Below, piece after piece: positions 29,060-40,853 of a stretch of DNA of 64,000 nucleotides. The stretch covers positions 21,546-85,545 of the forward strand of contig PMTR01000077.1 in NCBI GenBank assembly GCA_003167255.1, read 5' to 3'. The DNA is from Bryobacterales bacterium (GTDB taxonomy: Bacteria; Acidobacteriota; Terriglobia; Bryobacterales; Bryobacteraceae). The position numbers were made by a program, and so were the translations under genes. The notes under the pieces are model-generated. The model ran no database searches. It was given only the letters and a program-made list of their open reading frames with translations, and was not told where the DNA came from. Every line of letters starts with the position of its first letter. Position 1 is the first letter of the stretch.

Positions 29060-30040
29060 ATGAGCGAATCCTGCGATGCGGTGGTGGTGGGAGCCGGGCC
29101 CACCGGCCTCGCGTGCGGCATCGAACTCAATAAACGCGGCGTGAAGACGGTGTTGTTGGAGAAGGGTTGCGTGGTCAACTCGCTCTACAACTATCCCACC
29201 CACATGACCTTCTTTACGACGCCGGAGCTGCTGGAAATCGGCGACATCCCGATGACCAGCCTGAACGAAAAGCCCAACCGCACCGAAGCGCTGAAGTATT
29301 ATCGCCGCGTGGCGGAGCATTACAAACTGGATATCCGGCAGTACGAGCGCGTGGAACGCATCGCGGGTACCGACAATACGTTTCAGGTCTTCTCCACCGA
29401 CCGGCTGGGATGCGCGCACATTTACCAGGCGCGCAAGCTGGTGCTGGCAACGGGCTATTACGATGTCCCGAATCTGTTAAACGTTCCGGGCGAAGAGCTC
29501 GACAAGGTGCAGCATTATTACAAGGAAGCGCATCCGTATTACAACCACGATGTGGCGGTGATCGGGGCGAAGAATTCGGCGGCCATTGCGGCCCTGGAGT
29601 TGTGGTGGACGGGCGCGCGCGTGACGCTGATCCATCGCGGCGCGGGAATTTCGGACCGCGTGAAGTATTGGATCCGCCCGAACATCGAGAACCGCATCAA
29701 GAACGGCGAGATTGCGGCTTACTTTCATTCGCGCGTCGCCGAAATCCGGCCGGATTCGATCCGGGTTGAGACGCCGCAGGGCGAAGTAACCCTGAAGAAC
29801 GACTTCGTGTTTGCACTCATCGGCTACCGCCCCGATCTGGAATTCCTAAACTCGACCGGCATTACACTCGAGCCCGAGACCCAGCGCCCGCGCACCAATC
29901 CCGAAACGCTGGAGAGCGAATGTCCCGGCGTTTACCTGGCCGGCGTGATCGTGGCCGGCATGCACACCAACGAGATTTTCATCGAAAACGGCAGATTGCA
30001 CGGTCGGCTGATTGCGGAGTCGATCGCGGCCAGGCTCTGA
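29060..30040 (+). CDS. YpdA-family FAD/NAD(P)-dependent disulfide reductase-like protein
   Basis: DAVVVGAGPTGLACGIEL Rossmann motif, VVNSLYNYPTHMTFFTTPELLEI, and a second GAKNSAAIAALEL dinucleotide motif. Confidence 0.7.
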   Translation: MSESCDAVVVGAGPTGLACGIELNKRGVKTVLLEKGCVVNSLYNYPTHMTFFTTPELLEIGDIPMTSLNEKPNRTEALKYYRRVAEHYKLDIRQYERVERIAGTDNTFQVFSTDRLGCAHIYQARKLVLATGYYDVPNLLNVPGEELDKVQHYYKEAHPYYNHDVAVIGAKNSAAIAALELWWTGARVTLIHRGAGISDRVKYWIRPNIENRIKNGEIAAYFHSRVAEIRPDSIRVETPQGEVTLKNDFVFALIGYRPDLEFLNSTGITLEPETQRPRTNPETLESECPGVYLAGVIVAGMHTNEIFIENGRLHGRLIAESIAARL

Positions 30041-30067
30041 GCCTTGCGGCGCAATACGCCGGTGGAG

Positions 30068-30259
30068 CTACGCGGTGCCCCCGAGGGGAGCTTGCCACCG
30101 GAACAAAAAGAAGTGGTGGCCGCAAAGTGAGCACCGGTAGGGTTGAAGGAGCCAGTGGATCGCTCTCTCGGTGGCGTTTCGGACGCCCACACCTCTAAAC
30201 TCGATGGATTTGCAATGGGGACAGCGTGTGGAGGACGGTCGTACTGCGGCGCGGGTCAT
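30068..30259 (-). CDS. Small zinc-ribbon protein (hypothetical)
   Basis: 63 aa with CPHC..CSLC pairs. ATGA-coupled to the upstream small ORF. Confidence 0.4.
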   Translation of the reverse strand: MTRAAVRPSSTRCPHCKSIEFRGVGVRNATERAIHWLLQPYRCSLCGHHFFLFRWQAPLGGTA

Positions 30260-30477
30260 GGCTCTACGTCAGCTTTCGCCGTACTGTCCGCGGCAGGGGC
30301 GGCGTCATTTCGGATTGGCGGCGTGGAGTAAAGTGCCTGCGGTCCATTGCGAGGGCGGCTCGCCTCCCGCGCTGCCTTAACTTGCTCCGGTGTTCTCAGG
30401 TCGGGCTCCGACAGTCTTACGCGTTCTCTCGCGCGCGCAACCTGGCGCTTGTGCCGCTTTAGGATTCTCTTGTTCAT
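30256..30477 (-). CDS. Small basic hypothetical protein
   Basis: 73 aa with a Lys/Arg-rich N-terminus MNKRILKRHKRQVARARER. Lies downstream of groEL. Confidence 0.3.
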   Translation of the reverse strand: MNKRILKRHKRQVARARERVRLSEPDLRTPEQVKAAREASRPRNGPQALYSTPPIRNDAAPAADSTAKADVEP

Positions 30478-30523
30478 CCGTGTCCTTTACCCTGCTTTGA
30501 CCGAGTGACTTGGTGCTAGTGGA

Positions 30524-30559
30524 CCTCCACTCCCTTACGGTCGCGGCTCGCGGTGGAGG
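30524..30559 (+). repeat. Dispersed intergenic motif, copy 4 (CCACTCCCTtACGGTCGCGGCTCG)
   Basis: The core is flanked by a CCTCCAC/GTGGAGG stem. It lies 20 nt beyond the groEL stop. Confidence 0.6.
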
Positions 30560-30578
30560 CATGAGCGCTGTCGGAGAC

Positions 30579-32512
<1,934 letters not shown>

Positions 32513-32551
32513 AGCGCTACCTGCCTTCCAATTAGATGAGATCGCTCCAAA

Positions 32552-33037
32552 CTACCGTTGGCCAGAGAAGATCAGGCCCTTCTGAAGGTGTCGCGGGTGA
32601 GCGAAGACACTCACATAGGGCACTTTCAGGAACGAGTTACTCGTAACCTGCGTGATCTCGATACTGTTACAGTGTTGAGAGGTCACTTTGGCAATGAGCC
32701 GCTTCAAGGCGGTGCGTAGTGTCTCTTGCCTGTCAAATCCGAAGACCGTGGTTTTGATCTTACCAGCCATGAAGAACCAAGTCCATCCCGCTTCCTGAAT
32801 TTCCTTCTCGAACGTGGAGCGAGCGGTCTTGACCGCCGCCCAGCCCTTCAAATCAGACTCGCTCTCAAGCAGTAGCGACTTTGGCAGAGGCATGCCTTCT
32901 TCAATCAAAACGCTCCCCGCTGTGATTGCGTCCGTCATGGTGTGCCTCATCGAGCGAGCACGGATGCCGCGCGGGCCATGTTCCGCTCCGCCCTCGTCTT
33001 CCCACGTTTGGATGTCTCTGGTCGTAGAACTGCTCAT
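32552..33037 (-). CDS. Hypothetical protein with N-terminal WEDEGG motif
   Basis: 161-aa ORF 40 nt upstream of groES on the same strand. No family recognised. Confidence 0.5.
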   Translation of the reverse strand: MSSSTTRDIQTWEDEGGAEHGPRGIRARSMRHTMTDAITAGSVLIEEGMPLPKSLLLESESDLKGWAAVKTARSTFEKEIQEAGWTWFFMAGKIKTTVFGFDRQETLRTALKRLIAKVTSQHCNSIEITQVTSNSFLKVPYVSVFAHPRHLQKGLIFSGQR

Positions 33038-33064
33038 TTCGGCATTCCTTCCGCGGCCCCGGGG

Positions 33065-33868
33065 TCAGGGTCGAAACTTTGGCTTGTTGACGAGCCGGGC
33101 CTTCTCCAGCCTGGCTCGCTCGGCTTCATCTTCCTTCGCTATCCTGTCAGCCTCCCTTTGAGGAGCTTCTTTGTCGTCGAGCCGCGCCGCTTCGATGATG
33201 GCGGCTTGAGCGGGGGCTTCCAGCTTCTTCAGGACGCCAACCAGCTTGAAGGTAGGCCCGTACGAAGAACGAATCAGGTCGAAGCCGTACTGCGAATCCT
33301 GCCATTGTGCGAGGAGCTCTTCCTGGTCATCGTAGTGCCCCGGCGCGGCTTTCACCGGAGTTGGGGGCCTTGCGGCAATTCCGTACGTCGCCGAGATGGC
33401 TTCCACCAGGTCGTCGGGTGTCAAGCCCTCAGTCCCGGAGCGGTCATAGTTGATCGCGATCCGAAACAGTTGGCCGTTATAGAAGCTGAGGACTGCCGCT
33501 TCCGTTTGGGAAGAGGAACCGAGAGGTTGGGGGCGCCACTCAAGCTCTTGGATGAGGGCTGGGCGGCGATGGATGGTCTTCGCTTGAGATGGGTTTGCGC
33601 CCGCCTGTTTCAAGACCGTAGGCAGGTCCGTTCCGAGTTGGAGGTTCCGGTACTTGGAAAGATCGTTTGCTAATGTAACTGGCGACATCACTCCGAACCC
33701 AAGGAATGACGGGAGAGCCGATCTCGATAGGGTCCATCCAAAGTTAGTCATTGTGTTCAGGCCTTGCATGGCGCCATTACCTGGCTGCCGATGCGGCAGT
33801 GTGATCCGGCAACAGCCGCCGGCGATGCAGTGGAGCCGGACAGCAAGCTGCCAGGCCCCACCTCGCAA
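33065..33868 (-). CDS. Hypothetical (probably exported) protein
   Basis: ORF with a charged coiled C-terminus (EAERARLEKARL). The start is uncertain; internal Met candidates occur at MQGLNTMTNF. Confidence 0.5.
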   Translation of the reverse strand: MRGGAWQLAVRLHCIAGGCCRITLPHRQPGNGAMQGLNTMTNFGWTLSRSALPSFLGFGVMSPVTLANDLSKYRNLQLGTDLPTVLKQAGANPSQAKTIHRRPALIQELEWRPQPLGSSSQTEAAVLSFYNGQLFRIAINYDRSGTEGLTPDDLVEAISATYGIAARPPTPVKAAPGHYDDQEELLAQWQDSQYGFDLIRSSYGPTFKLVGVLKKLEAPAQAAIIEAARLDDKEAPQREADRIAKEDEAERARLEKARLVNKPKFRP

Positions 33869-33887
33869 AACGCGGTCAACCCTCCGA

Positions 33888-35639
33888 TTACCGGTTTGCG
33901 ATTGGAATGCCGATCTCCGTGCCGATTACTTCACCGGAGATCACTAGTTCCACACGCCGATTCTGCTGCCGTCCATCCGCGGTCTCATTGGAGGCCACTG
34001 GTTGAGTCTTGCCGAATCCCTTCGCCGTGACCGAACTCCCCTTCATTCCCTGCATCATGAGGTAATCGCGCACAGACGTGCCGCGGTGTTCGGAAAGCTG
34101 CTGATTATAGTCATCCCCGCCGACGCTGTCCGTGTAACCTTCCACGTCCAGCCTCAGGCCCGGATGCCCGGAGACGATGCCGGCGACCTTGGCTAGTTTC
34201 TCGCGCGCCAGGGGCCGTAACGTAGACTTGCCGGTGTCGAAGAGGACATCGGACATGTTCACGATCAAACCGCGCGCTGTATCGCGGGTCTGAAGAATGG
34301 CGTTGAACTGGCTCAGCAACAGGGTTCGCAGTTCCACTCTCTCCGTCTCCAACCGCGCCGTCTGTTTGCCCGCGCTATCGAGTGCGGCCTGGCTAGTCGC
34401 TCTTTCCGCATCGTTTTCGCGCTTGAGACGATCCGCCTCGGTTCCCGCGGCAGCCATCCGCGAGTCGCTATCGATCCGCTGACGGTCCGCACCGGCTGCA
34501 ACCGCAGCCAGGCGCGCATCGCTATCCAGCTTCAGACGGTCCGCGTTAGCCGCGGCAGTAGCCAGGAGCGTGTCGCTGTCCACCTTTTGACGGTCCGCGT
34601 CGGCTGCCGCGGCAGCCAGACGTGCGTCGCTACCGCGCTTTACCCGAACCGCTTCAGACGAAGCGGCCAGCGCCTGATCATCCTTCTCCCGTGTCAGGCG
34701 CTCCGATTCCTCACGCGCCTTGATCCGCGCCGCTTCGGCTTCCCGGGTGACGCGATCCGTCTCGGACTGTGCCGCTGCCTGTCCGTTCTGCGCGCGTATT
34801 TCGCGGGCCGCCGACCCCTGCCGCTCCGCGGTCAGGGCCTCGTCTTCCTGACGTTTGACCGCGATGGCCCGCGAGTCTTCCGCCATCTGCACCGCTTCCC
34901 GCGCGGTCATGGCGACAGGCTTCTCGCCGGCTTTCCGTGACTGGTAGGTTTCCGCCTGAGACAGGTTTTTCTCGGCCTTTTGGAAGGTTTCGGTGGCAAA
35001 ACGGTCCGCACCCACGGCACGCGCGATCTGAACCGCATTGCGCGCTTCGTAGAGTTCCAGCGGCAGTTTCCGATCCATCTTCAGCGCCAGCGGATTCGCC
35101 AGACGCTGATATTGGCCGCGCTGCAACAGTTCGTACTTGGCGTCGATCTCTTCGATCTTTCCCACCGTGTCCGCGCGTACCACGTTCTCCATCACAATCA
35201 GGTCGCTAGGCTGCCTCACCGCGTAATAAGGTTCCGCGGTGACCACCAACGCGAAGACCTGCAGTTCGGTGGTTACCTCCAGTTTGCTCTTCGTTCCATT
35301 CAGGAGGACCTCACCCAGGTTGGCCGTGCGCCCTTCGGGGGTGACGGCCCACAACACATAAGTGAGGTATTCGGCTCCGTTTCTGGTCGCCGGCTGCAGG
35401 CCATCGAAGTCCACCTCGATTTGCATGCGGCCCTGTTTACTCTGGACTTTGGCCTCGCCACTAGCGCCCGGGAGGAGCTCAGTTCCTCGGAAGTCGATCT
35501 TCGTTGCGCCGCTACGATGCTGGTAGCTAATGGCCTTCGCGGTCCGTGCTGTTACGGTGACGCGGTAAATGGGCTGATTCTGCAGCCCCTGAGCCGATAA
35601 GACTCCGCATACCACAAGGAATGCTCCGGTAAGTTTCAT
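33888..35639 (-). CDS. OmpA-family protein with repeat-containing linker
   Basis: Signal peptide and a C-terminal OmpA_C domain (NMSDVLFDTGKSTL..GYTDSVGGDDYNQQLSEHRG..NRRVELVI). Confidence 0.85.
   Translation of the reverse strand: MKLTGAFLVVCGVLSAQGLQNQPIYRVTVTARTAKAISYQHRSGATKIDFRGTELLPGASGEAKVQSKQGRMQIEVDFDGLQPATRNGAEYLTYVLWAVTPEGRTANLGEVLLNGTKSKLEVTTELQVFALVVTAEPYYAVRQPSDLIVMENVVRADTVGKIEEIDAKYELLQRGQYQRLANPLALKMDRKLPLELYEARNAVQIARAVGADRFATETFQKAEKNLSQAETYQSRKAGEKPVAMTAREAVQMAEDSRAIAVKRQEDEALTAERQGSAAREIRAQNGQAAAQSETDRVTREAEAARIKAREESERLTREKDDQALAASSEAVRVKRGSDARLAAAAADADRQKVDSDTLLATAAANADRLKLDSDARLAAVAAGADRQRIDSDSRMAAAGTEADRLKRENDAERATSQAALDSAGKQTARLETERVELRTLLLSQFNAILQTRDTARGLIVNMSDVLFDTGKSTLRPLAREKLAKVAGIVSGHPGLRLDVEGYTDSVGGDDYNQQLSEHRGTSVRDYLMMQGMKGSSVTAKGFGKTQPVASNETADGRQQNRRVELVISGEVIGTEIGIPIANR
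34427..34642 (-). repeat. Four tandem 54-bp (18-aa) repeats inside the OmpA-family gene
   Basis: Units start at 34427/34481/34535/34589 (GACGGTCCGC.. on the plus strand). They encode ADRxK(V/L/I)DSDxxLAAxAAx. Confidence 0.7.
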
Positions 35640-35671
35640 TCAGGGTTACCTCAGGTTTCTTTCTCGCCAGG

Positions 35672-36367
35672 TTATTGGTTGGCGCCGCTTGTCGTACCCG
35701 TGCGTTGCGCCGAGTACTTGTTGAGTTGCGTCATCAGTCTTTCTGCGCCCTTGGGTGCATGCATCCCCGAGGTCACAATCTCCCGGTTCTCCAGTTTCTT
35801 GCCGTAGAGTTCGGCATTATCATCCAGATCTTGCCGCAGCGTGGCTCCTTCCAGAGCGAGGCCGGCAAACAGTCCCTGGGACCGCGACCACGAGAGAATC
35901 TCGGCGTGCATTTGAGCGTCGGTTTGAGCGGTCGCCGTGCGTCCAACCGGCCCGGCCGCAACTGAACCTTCCGCGCCCAGAGTGAACTTACTGGAAAGCA
36001 GTTTGCCCTGGCCGCCCTCATTCATCACCAGCATGATCAGATCCGTCTCCGATGCGCCGATCTGGAAGCCAAAGCTGCCTCCCTCGATGCGGACCGTACC
36101 CGGCGCCGACCAGCCAAGGCCGTCTCTATTGCGGCACGACAGGTAGCCTTTTCCGTACTTGGCGCCAACCACGAAAGCCGCAGTCTTAACACCAGGAACG
36201 ATTACGATGCAGTGGGCCTTTGCCAGCAGGTCTTCCGGAATGCCCTTATCCGGCGCCGCCATAACCTCGTTGAGCACGACGGCCGCTTCGTTCAGCCGCT
36301 TGATACCATCGCTGTCTTTGGCCAGCAGGGGCACAATCGCCAGAGTAGCCACCAGAATCATTCGCAT
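35672..36367 (-). CDS. SYLF (Ysc84/DUF500) lipid-binding domain protein
   Basis: IPEDLLAKAHCIVIVPGVKTAAFVVGAKYGKGYLSCR..GGSFGFQIGASETDLIMLVMN matches the SYLF pattern. Has a signal peptide. Confidence 0.8.
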   Translation of the reverse strand: MRMILVATLAIVPLLAKDSDGIKRLNEAAVVLNEVMAAPDKGIPEDLLAKAHCIVIVPGVKTAAFVVGAKYGKGYLSCRNRDGLGWSAPGTVRIEGGSFGFQIGASETDLIMLVMNEGGQGKLLSSKFTLGAEGSVAAGPVGRTATAQTDAQMHAEILSWSRSQGLFAGLALEGATLRQDLDDNAELYGKKLENREIVTSGMHAPKGAERLMTQLNKYSAQRTGTTSGANQ

Positions 36368-36427
36368 ATTGACCTCTTCTGTCGGCCCGGTGAGCCCCTC
36401 AGGGGCGTTGGGCGACGGTATTCGCAG

Positions 36428-36443
36428 TGCACGAGTGGCACCA
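36428..36443 (-). promoter_or_regulatory. Candidate sigma-54 (-24/-12) promoter upstream of the SYLF gene
   Basis: The minus strand reads TGGTGCCACTCGTGCA against TGGCACG-N4-TTGCA. GG and GC have correct spacing. It is ~60 nt upstream of the ATG at 36367, and a sigma-54 activator gene lies immediately upstream. Confidence 0.4.
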
Positions 36444-36767
36444 ACTTAGTGTTTTGTTGAGCCGATTCGCCGTGGATGCGTCGCGGCGTTGGTTTGGAGG
36501 GAACAAACGGACCGGAGGGTGACCGCCCATGGTCAAGTGACGAGCCATGGTCAGAGTAATTGGAGCGCCCAGGAGGCTGCATCCTTCCGTTGCACAAAAC
36601 TCAGGATGCGAGATGCCAGGGGCCCTGCGTCGGCATGAGTCGACGCGGCACGCCCGAGTGGGTGCGCCAACATCGGCACCATCGAAGGGCAGTAAGAAGA
36701 CAGACGACAAAAACCGATCGTCTGTCCCACCTCGAAGGCGGCATAAGTGTATGGCGGTTATTGAGAC

Positions 36768-38879
36768 TTAGAGATCCTTGCGAGAGATGCCGAGCTTTCG
36801 CATGATAGCGTTCAGGGTGGTCCGGTGCAGTCCGAGACGGGTGGCTGCGGTGCTGACCACACTGCCGCTCTCCCGAAGCACCCGGACGATATGTTCCCGT
36901 TCCACCTGCTCGAGCGTGGCGGTGCCGGCGGATTCCTGGGAATCGTGCCGTATTTCGGCCAACGGAGCACGCAGGCTGGGTCCCGTGGAAAGGATCACCG
37001 CCCGTTCAATGAAGTTCTCGAGCTCCCGTACGTTGCCCGGCCAGTGCCAGCTCACCAGAGCGCGCATCGTGTCCGACGGAATCTTATCGATCTGCCGGTC
37101 CATCTTTGCGGCATATTTCTTCGTGAAATGCCGGGCGAGTATCGGTATGTCCTCAGGCCGATCGCGCAACGGAGGTGTCGTGATCGGAAAGACTTTCAGC
37201 CGATAGTAGAGATCGCTTCGGAAGAGTTTATCCCCCATCATCTGCGCGAGATTCCGGTTGGTTGCCGCCACCAGGCGGACGTCAATGGGAATGGTCTTAG
37301 TGCCGCCCAACCGCTCAAACTGCTTCTCCTGTAAAGCGCGGAGTAATTTCGGTTGCAGATCCAACGGGATATCGCCCACCTCATCCAGAAATAAGGTGCC
37401 CCGATGGGCCATCTCGAAACGTCCGATCTTTTGCGACAAGGCGCCCGTAAACGCGCCTCTCTCGTAGCCGAACAGCTCGCTTTCGAGAAGCCCGGTGGGG
37501 ATGGCCGCGCAGTTCAATGTGACGAAGGGAAGATTCTTGCGCGGGCTCATCCGATGGACGGCGCGCGCCACCAGTTCCTTCCCCGTGCCGGTTTCCCCCA
37601 GGATCAAAACGGTCGCATCCGTAGGCGCAACCACCTCAGCTTGTCGCAGCACGCGCTTCAGAGCCGCGCTGCTGCCCACCATCTCCTCGAAGTCCTGTTG
37701 AACCGCGACCTCGTCTTCCTCAACGCTCTCCAGCCGATCCCGTTCCCGGAGGTCCTGCACAAAGGTAATCCATCGGAAGGGAGAGAGCTTCAACACCGCC
37801 GTCGCGACCAGGACCGGGACCCGGGTCCCATCCTTTCGAATCAACTCCTTTTCAAAAGGCGTGCAGGCTCCGAACCTGAGACCTTCTTCATGCGCCAGAT
37901 CATCCAGTGGGGCGTATTCCGGCGGAGTGAGATCGGGCCAGTTTAGCCGGCCCGCCAGCAAATCTTCGCGGCTGTATCCAACCAGGTCGAGAAACGCATC
38001 ATTCACCTCGGGAACACGGTCAAACTCACCGGAAGCGACCCCGGCGATGGTCGATTGGGGTGAAATGGGCCGAATGCGCGCGCTGCTGCGCCGCAACTTT
38101 TCGTCCCTCTGGTGACGATCGCTGAAGTCGCGCACCACTCTTGCAAAGCCCTGCAATTCCCCGGTTTCATCTTTGAGCGCCATCGTAATGACATTGGCCC
38201 AGAATCGTTCCCCATCTTTTCTGGCCTGCCAGCCTTCAGTCCCCAGGTGGCCTTCGACCGTGGCCCGCTTGAACTCCTGCTGCAGCTTGGCCCGGAGAGT
38301 ATCTTCGCCGGGATAGAGAAAAGATATGTTCTGGCCCATGGCCTCATCGGCCGCATAGCCGTAAATGCGCGCCGCTCCCGAATACCAGGCCGCAATACGT
38401 CCTTCGATATCCAGTAAGTAGAGCGCATAGTCCTGCACCCATGACGGAATGCCTTGAGGGGAGGCAGACTCGGTCTCCTCAGGTTCAGTCTTGTCGCGCA
38501 GCACGAGCACGTGGCGCACCGGCAACACGTTGCTCTTGGCCGTGTATTCAACCTCCCGCGGGGTTCCATCCGTACCCACTAGCCGGAGCGTACCTTCCTT
38601 TTCACCCTGCTCCTGCAACGCTCTCCAAAGCTGCGAAATCTGAGGCTTGAAGCCGGGCTGCGCAAACTCATCGACCGGGCGGCCGATGATCTTCTCCCGC
38701 GACAGCCCTAACAGCTTGCCCACGCCGACGCTGGCGTCCCTGGAATTGCCATCGTCGTCGGCGATGAGGATCGGTGCCGAAGGGTGATAGACGATGGCCC
38801 GGAACAACAGTTCAAGTTCTTTCGGACCGTTCTCCACAAGCCAGCGGGTGGCTGTTGACTGTAAGCCAACGGAGGACAT
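36768..38879 (-). CDS. Sigma-54-dependent transcriptional activator (PAS-PAS-PAS, AAA+, Fis HTH)
   Basis: [15 protein letters not shown] Walker [16 protein letters not shown] (GAFTGA loop), a C-terminal Fis-type HTH, and N-terminal PAS-like repeats. Confidence 0.9.
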   Translation of the reverse strand: MSSVGLQSTATRWLVENGPKELELLFRAIVYHPSAPILIADDDGNSRDASVGVGKLLGLSREKIIGRPVDEFAQPGFKPQISQLWRALQEQGEKEGTLRLVGTDGTPREVEYTAKSNVLPVRHVLVLRDKTEPEETESASPQGIPSWVQDYALYLLDIEGRIAAWYSGAARIYGYAADEAMGQNISFLYPGEDTLRAKLQQEFKRATVEGHLGTEGWQARKDGERFWANVITMALKDETGELQGFARVVRDFSDRHQRDEKLRRSSARIRPISPQSTIAGVASGEFDRVPEVNDAFLDLVGYSREDLLAGRLNWPDLTPPEYAPLDDLAHEEGLRFGACTPFEKELIRKDGTRVPVLVATAVLKLSPFRWITFVQDLRERDRLESVEEDEVAVQQDFEEMVGSSAALKRVLRQAEVVAPTDATVLILGETGTGKELVARAVHRMSPRKNLPFVTLNCAAIPTGLLESELFGYERGAFTGALSQKIGRFEMAHRGTLFLDEVGDIPLDLQPKLLRALQEKQFERLGGTKTIPIDVRLVAATNRNLAQMMGDKLFRSDLYYRLKVFPITTPPLRDRPEDIPILARHFTKKYAAKMDRQIDKIPSDTMRALVSWHWPGNVRELENFIERAVILSTGPSLRAPLAEIRHDSQESAGTATLEQVEREHIVRVLRESGSVVSTAATRLGLHRTTLNAIMRKLGISRKDL

Positions 38880-39037
38880 AGCGTTTCCACCTTCCCGCCG
38901 TCGATCCGAGCCAACTCAAGGCCGCCCGAAAGACGAAATCGGCTCGCGCCGAATTATCCAGCAAACAGTGAGAGGCTTGAAAACGGCAGCCAGACGCTAT
39001 TTTATCACGCGCTGCAAGAATGCCGATGTACTGCTTC

Positions 39038-39087
39038 GACCATATTTGGTCACTGAAGCGCCAATTTGACCTTATCTGGTCAACTGA
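39038..39087 (+). promoter_or_regulatory. Pair of direct repeats GACCWTATYTGGTCA(A)CTGA in a divergent promoter region
   Basis: Repeats at 39038-39056 and 39068-39087 (30-bp period). Each contains GACC..GGTC inverted half-sites, and the second has GGTCA-ac-TGACC. Confidence 0.35.
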
Positions 39088-39204
39088 CCGGCAGGTGGCG
39101 CAGCCAGCCTCCGCACATAGTTCCAAAAGCCTGGCAGGCCAAGCCTGGCCGGCGCCCGGGGAATGGGCAACCGATTGCTCTTCCCGGATTCGAGGAGCAC
39201 CAAA

Positions 39205-39396
39205 GTGCCTTTGCTAAATATTGTCGTTCTGTTGATCGTGGTCGGGGTGGGGCTGTACCTGATCAACCGGTACATTCCCATGGCCTCCAGCATCAAATCG
39301 ATTCTGAATGTGGTGGTCGTGGTGGTCGTCTGCGTCTGGCTCTTACAAGTTGTCGGATTGTGGGGGGATGTAACTAGTTTCCGGCTTCACCGATGA
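39205..39396 (+). CDS. Small two-TM membrane protein (Thivi_2564-like)
   Basis: The GTG start gives VPLLNIVVLLIVVGVGLYLINRYIPMASSIKSILNVVVVVVVCVWLLQ, which resembles that small-protein family. Confidence 0.5.
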   Translation: MPLLNIVVLLIVVGVGLYLINRYIPMASSIKSILNVVVVVVVCVWLLQVVGLWGDVTSFRLHR

Positions 39397-39423
39397 CCAG
39401 CCTCTGAGAGCGCACGAGTCAGA

Positions 39424-40128
39424 ATGCCTGTGCCCCGAACGGAACGACACCGCACCGCACGCGTTGGCTGGCTGCGCGCGGCGGTCTTGGGCGCAAACGA
39501 CGGGATCCTTTCGACGGCGAGTCTGGTGCTGGGTGTCGCGGCGGCGCATGCGACTCATGCCAATGTAGTGGTCGCGGGGGTCGCCGGCCTGGTCGCCGGG
39601 TCGATGTCGATGGCCGCGGGCGAATACGTGTCTGTGCACTCGCAGGCGGATACCGAAAAGGCTGACCTCAAGCTGGAACGCGCGGAGTTGAAGAACGACA
39701 ACGTGGGCGAGCATAAGGAACTGGCGGCGATCTACGTCGCTCGCGGGCTCGATGCCAAACTGGCCAAACAGGTCGCCCAACAACTGATGGCCCACGACGC
39801 GCTGGGCGCGCACGCCCGCGACGAACTCGGCATCTCCGCGGCTTTCACCGCGCGTCCCATTCAGGCTGCGTTGGCGTCGGCCGCCAGCTTCGCCGTCGGC
39901 GCGGCCATGCCGCTCGGGGTCACAGCCATAGCCCCGGAGGGGGCTCTGATTCCCCTTGTTGCTGGAACGTCGCTGTTGTTCCTGGCGCTGCTGGGAGGGT
40001 TGGCTGCGCACGCTGGGGGCGCAAGCGTGAAGCTGGGCGCATTCCGCGTCACGTTTTGGGGTGCTCTGGCCATGGCGCTGACCGCGGGCGTCGGGGCACT
40101 GTTCGGAACCGCCGCAACTGGGACTTGA
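39424..40128 (+). CDS. VIT1/CCC1-family iron/manganese transporter
   Basis: WLRAAVLGANDGILSTASLVLGVAAA, SMAAGEYVSVHSQ and a C-terminal TM bundle. Confidence 0.85.
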   Translation: MPVPRTERHRTARVGWLRAAVLGANDGILSTASLVLGVAAAHATHANVVVAGVAGLVAGSMSMAAGEYVSVHSQADTEKADLKLERAELKNDNVGEHKELAAIYVARGLDAKLAKQVAQQLMAHDALGAHARDELGISAAFTARPIQAALASAASFAVGAAMPLGVTAIAPEGALIPLVAGTSLLFLALLGGLAAHAGGASVKLGAFRVTFWGALAMALTAGVGALFGTAATGT

Positions 40129-40853
40129 GTAGCCTGATCGAGCTGGTAGTTCGAAAAAAGAATGTCCATCTCGGTCGGGCCAAGCAGGAGACTGGATGTG
40201 ATGGACCGCACGTGCCGGGGCAGCCAGAAACCCTGCACTTCGATGAATTCCTCGCTGATGCTGGGCGCGCCAATCAATATGGAACTGCTGGCCGCGAACT
40301 GGCCTTCGAGCCGCACCATACCGTAACTGTCGGCATCCACCCAGGCCTTCCCTACGATCAGGAACTTGCTCTTGATCCTCGGCGCCAACTCCAGGACATA
40401 GCAACTTCGCCCCGCCGCGACTTCGGTTCCAAGCAGTCGAACCCGATAGTTGGCGGAACTAATCTGGTGGAGGGCATTCTCCGGCGGTACGCTAGCGCCT
40501 GCCTCGGACGCGAGCACTTTATCGATTACGCCGTTGAGGCTGTCCGAGCCGGATCGCGTCAACACGGTGTAGCGCTCGCCATCCACCTGGCGGTATTTCA
40601 TCATCACGTCTACCGCAGCGCGTTTGCCAAACCGCGTGTTTTGCAGCGTGTATTGCCGCGAGCCCGAGTACTCCTTCAACTGGACATGGCGTCTGTTAGC
40701 TTCGCTCTCGATCCTGGCGAGGATCTCATCGCTGGCGGGCGCCACGGAGTCGGCCGTGAGAGTACCGAACAGTCCACCGATAACCATCAAGCGCCCATAT
40801 GCGCAAAGTCCCCGCCAGCGGACTTGCGAAGAGAGCTTCGATGGGCCGGTCAT
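39861..40853 (-). CDS. Hypothetical exported protein (LolA/RseB-like fold suspected)
   Basis: The coherent domain ends near 40135 (..ILFSNYQLDQ). The last ~90 codons run antisense through the VIT1 gene before the first stop. Confidence 0.45.
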   Translation of the reverse strand: MTGPSKLSSQVRWRGLCAYGRLMVIGGLFGTLTADSVAPASDEILARIESEANRRHVQLKEYSGSRQYTLQNTRFGKRAAVDVMMKYRQVDGERYTVLTRSGSDSLNGVIDKVLASEAGASVPPENALHQISSANYRVRLLGTEVAAGRSCYVLELAPRIKSKFLIVGKAWVDADSYGMVRLEGQFAASSSILIGAPSISEEFIEVQGFWLPRHVRSITSSLLLGPTEMDILFSNYQLDQATQVPVAAVPNSAPTPAVSAMARAPQNVTRNAPSFTLAPPACAANPPSSARNNSDVPATRGIRAPSGAMAVTPSGMAAPTAKLAADANAA

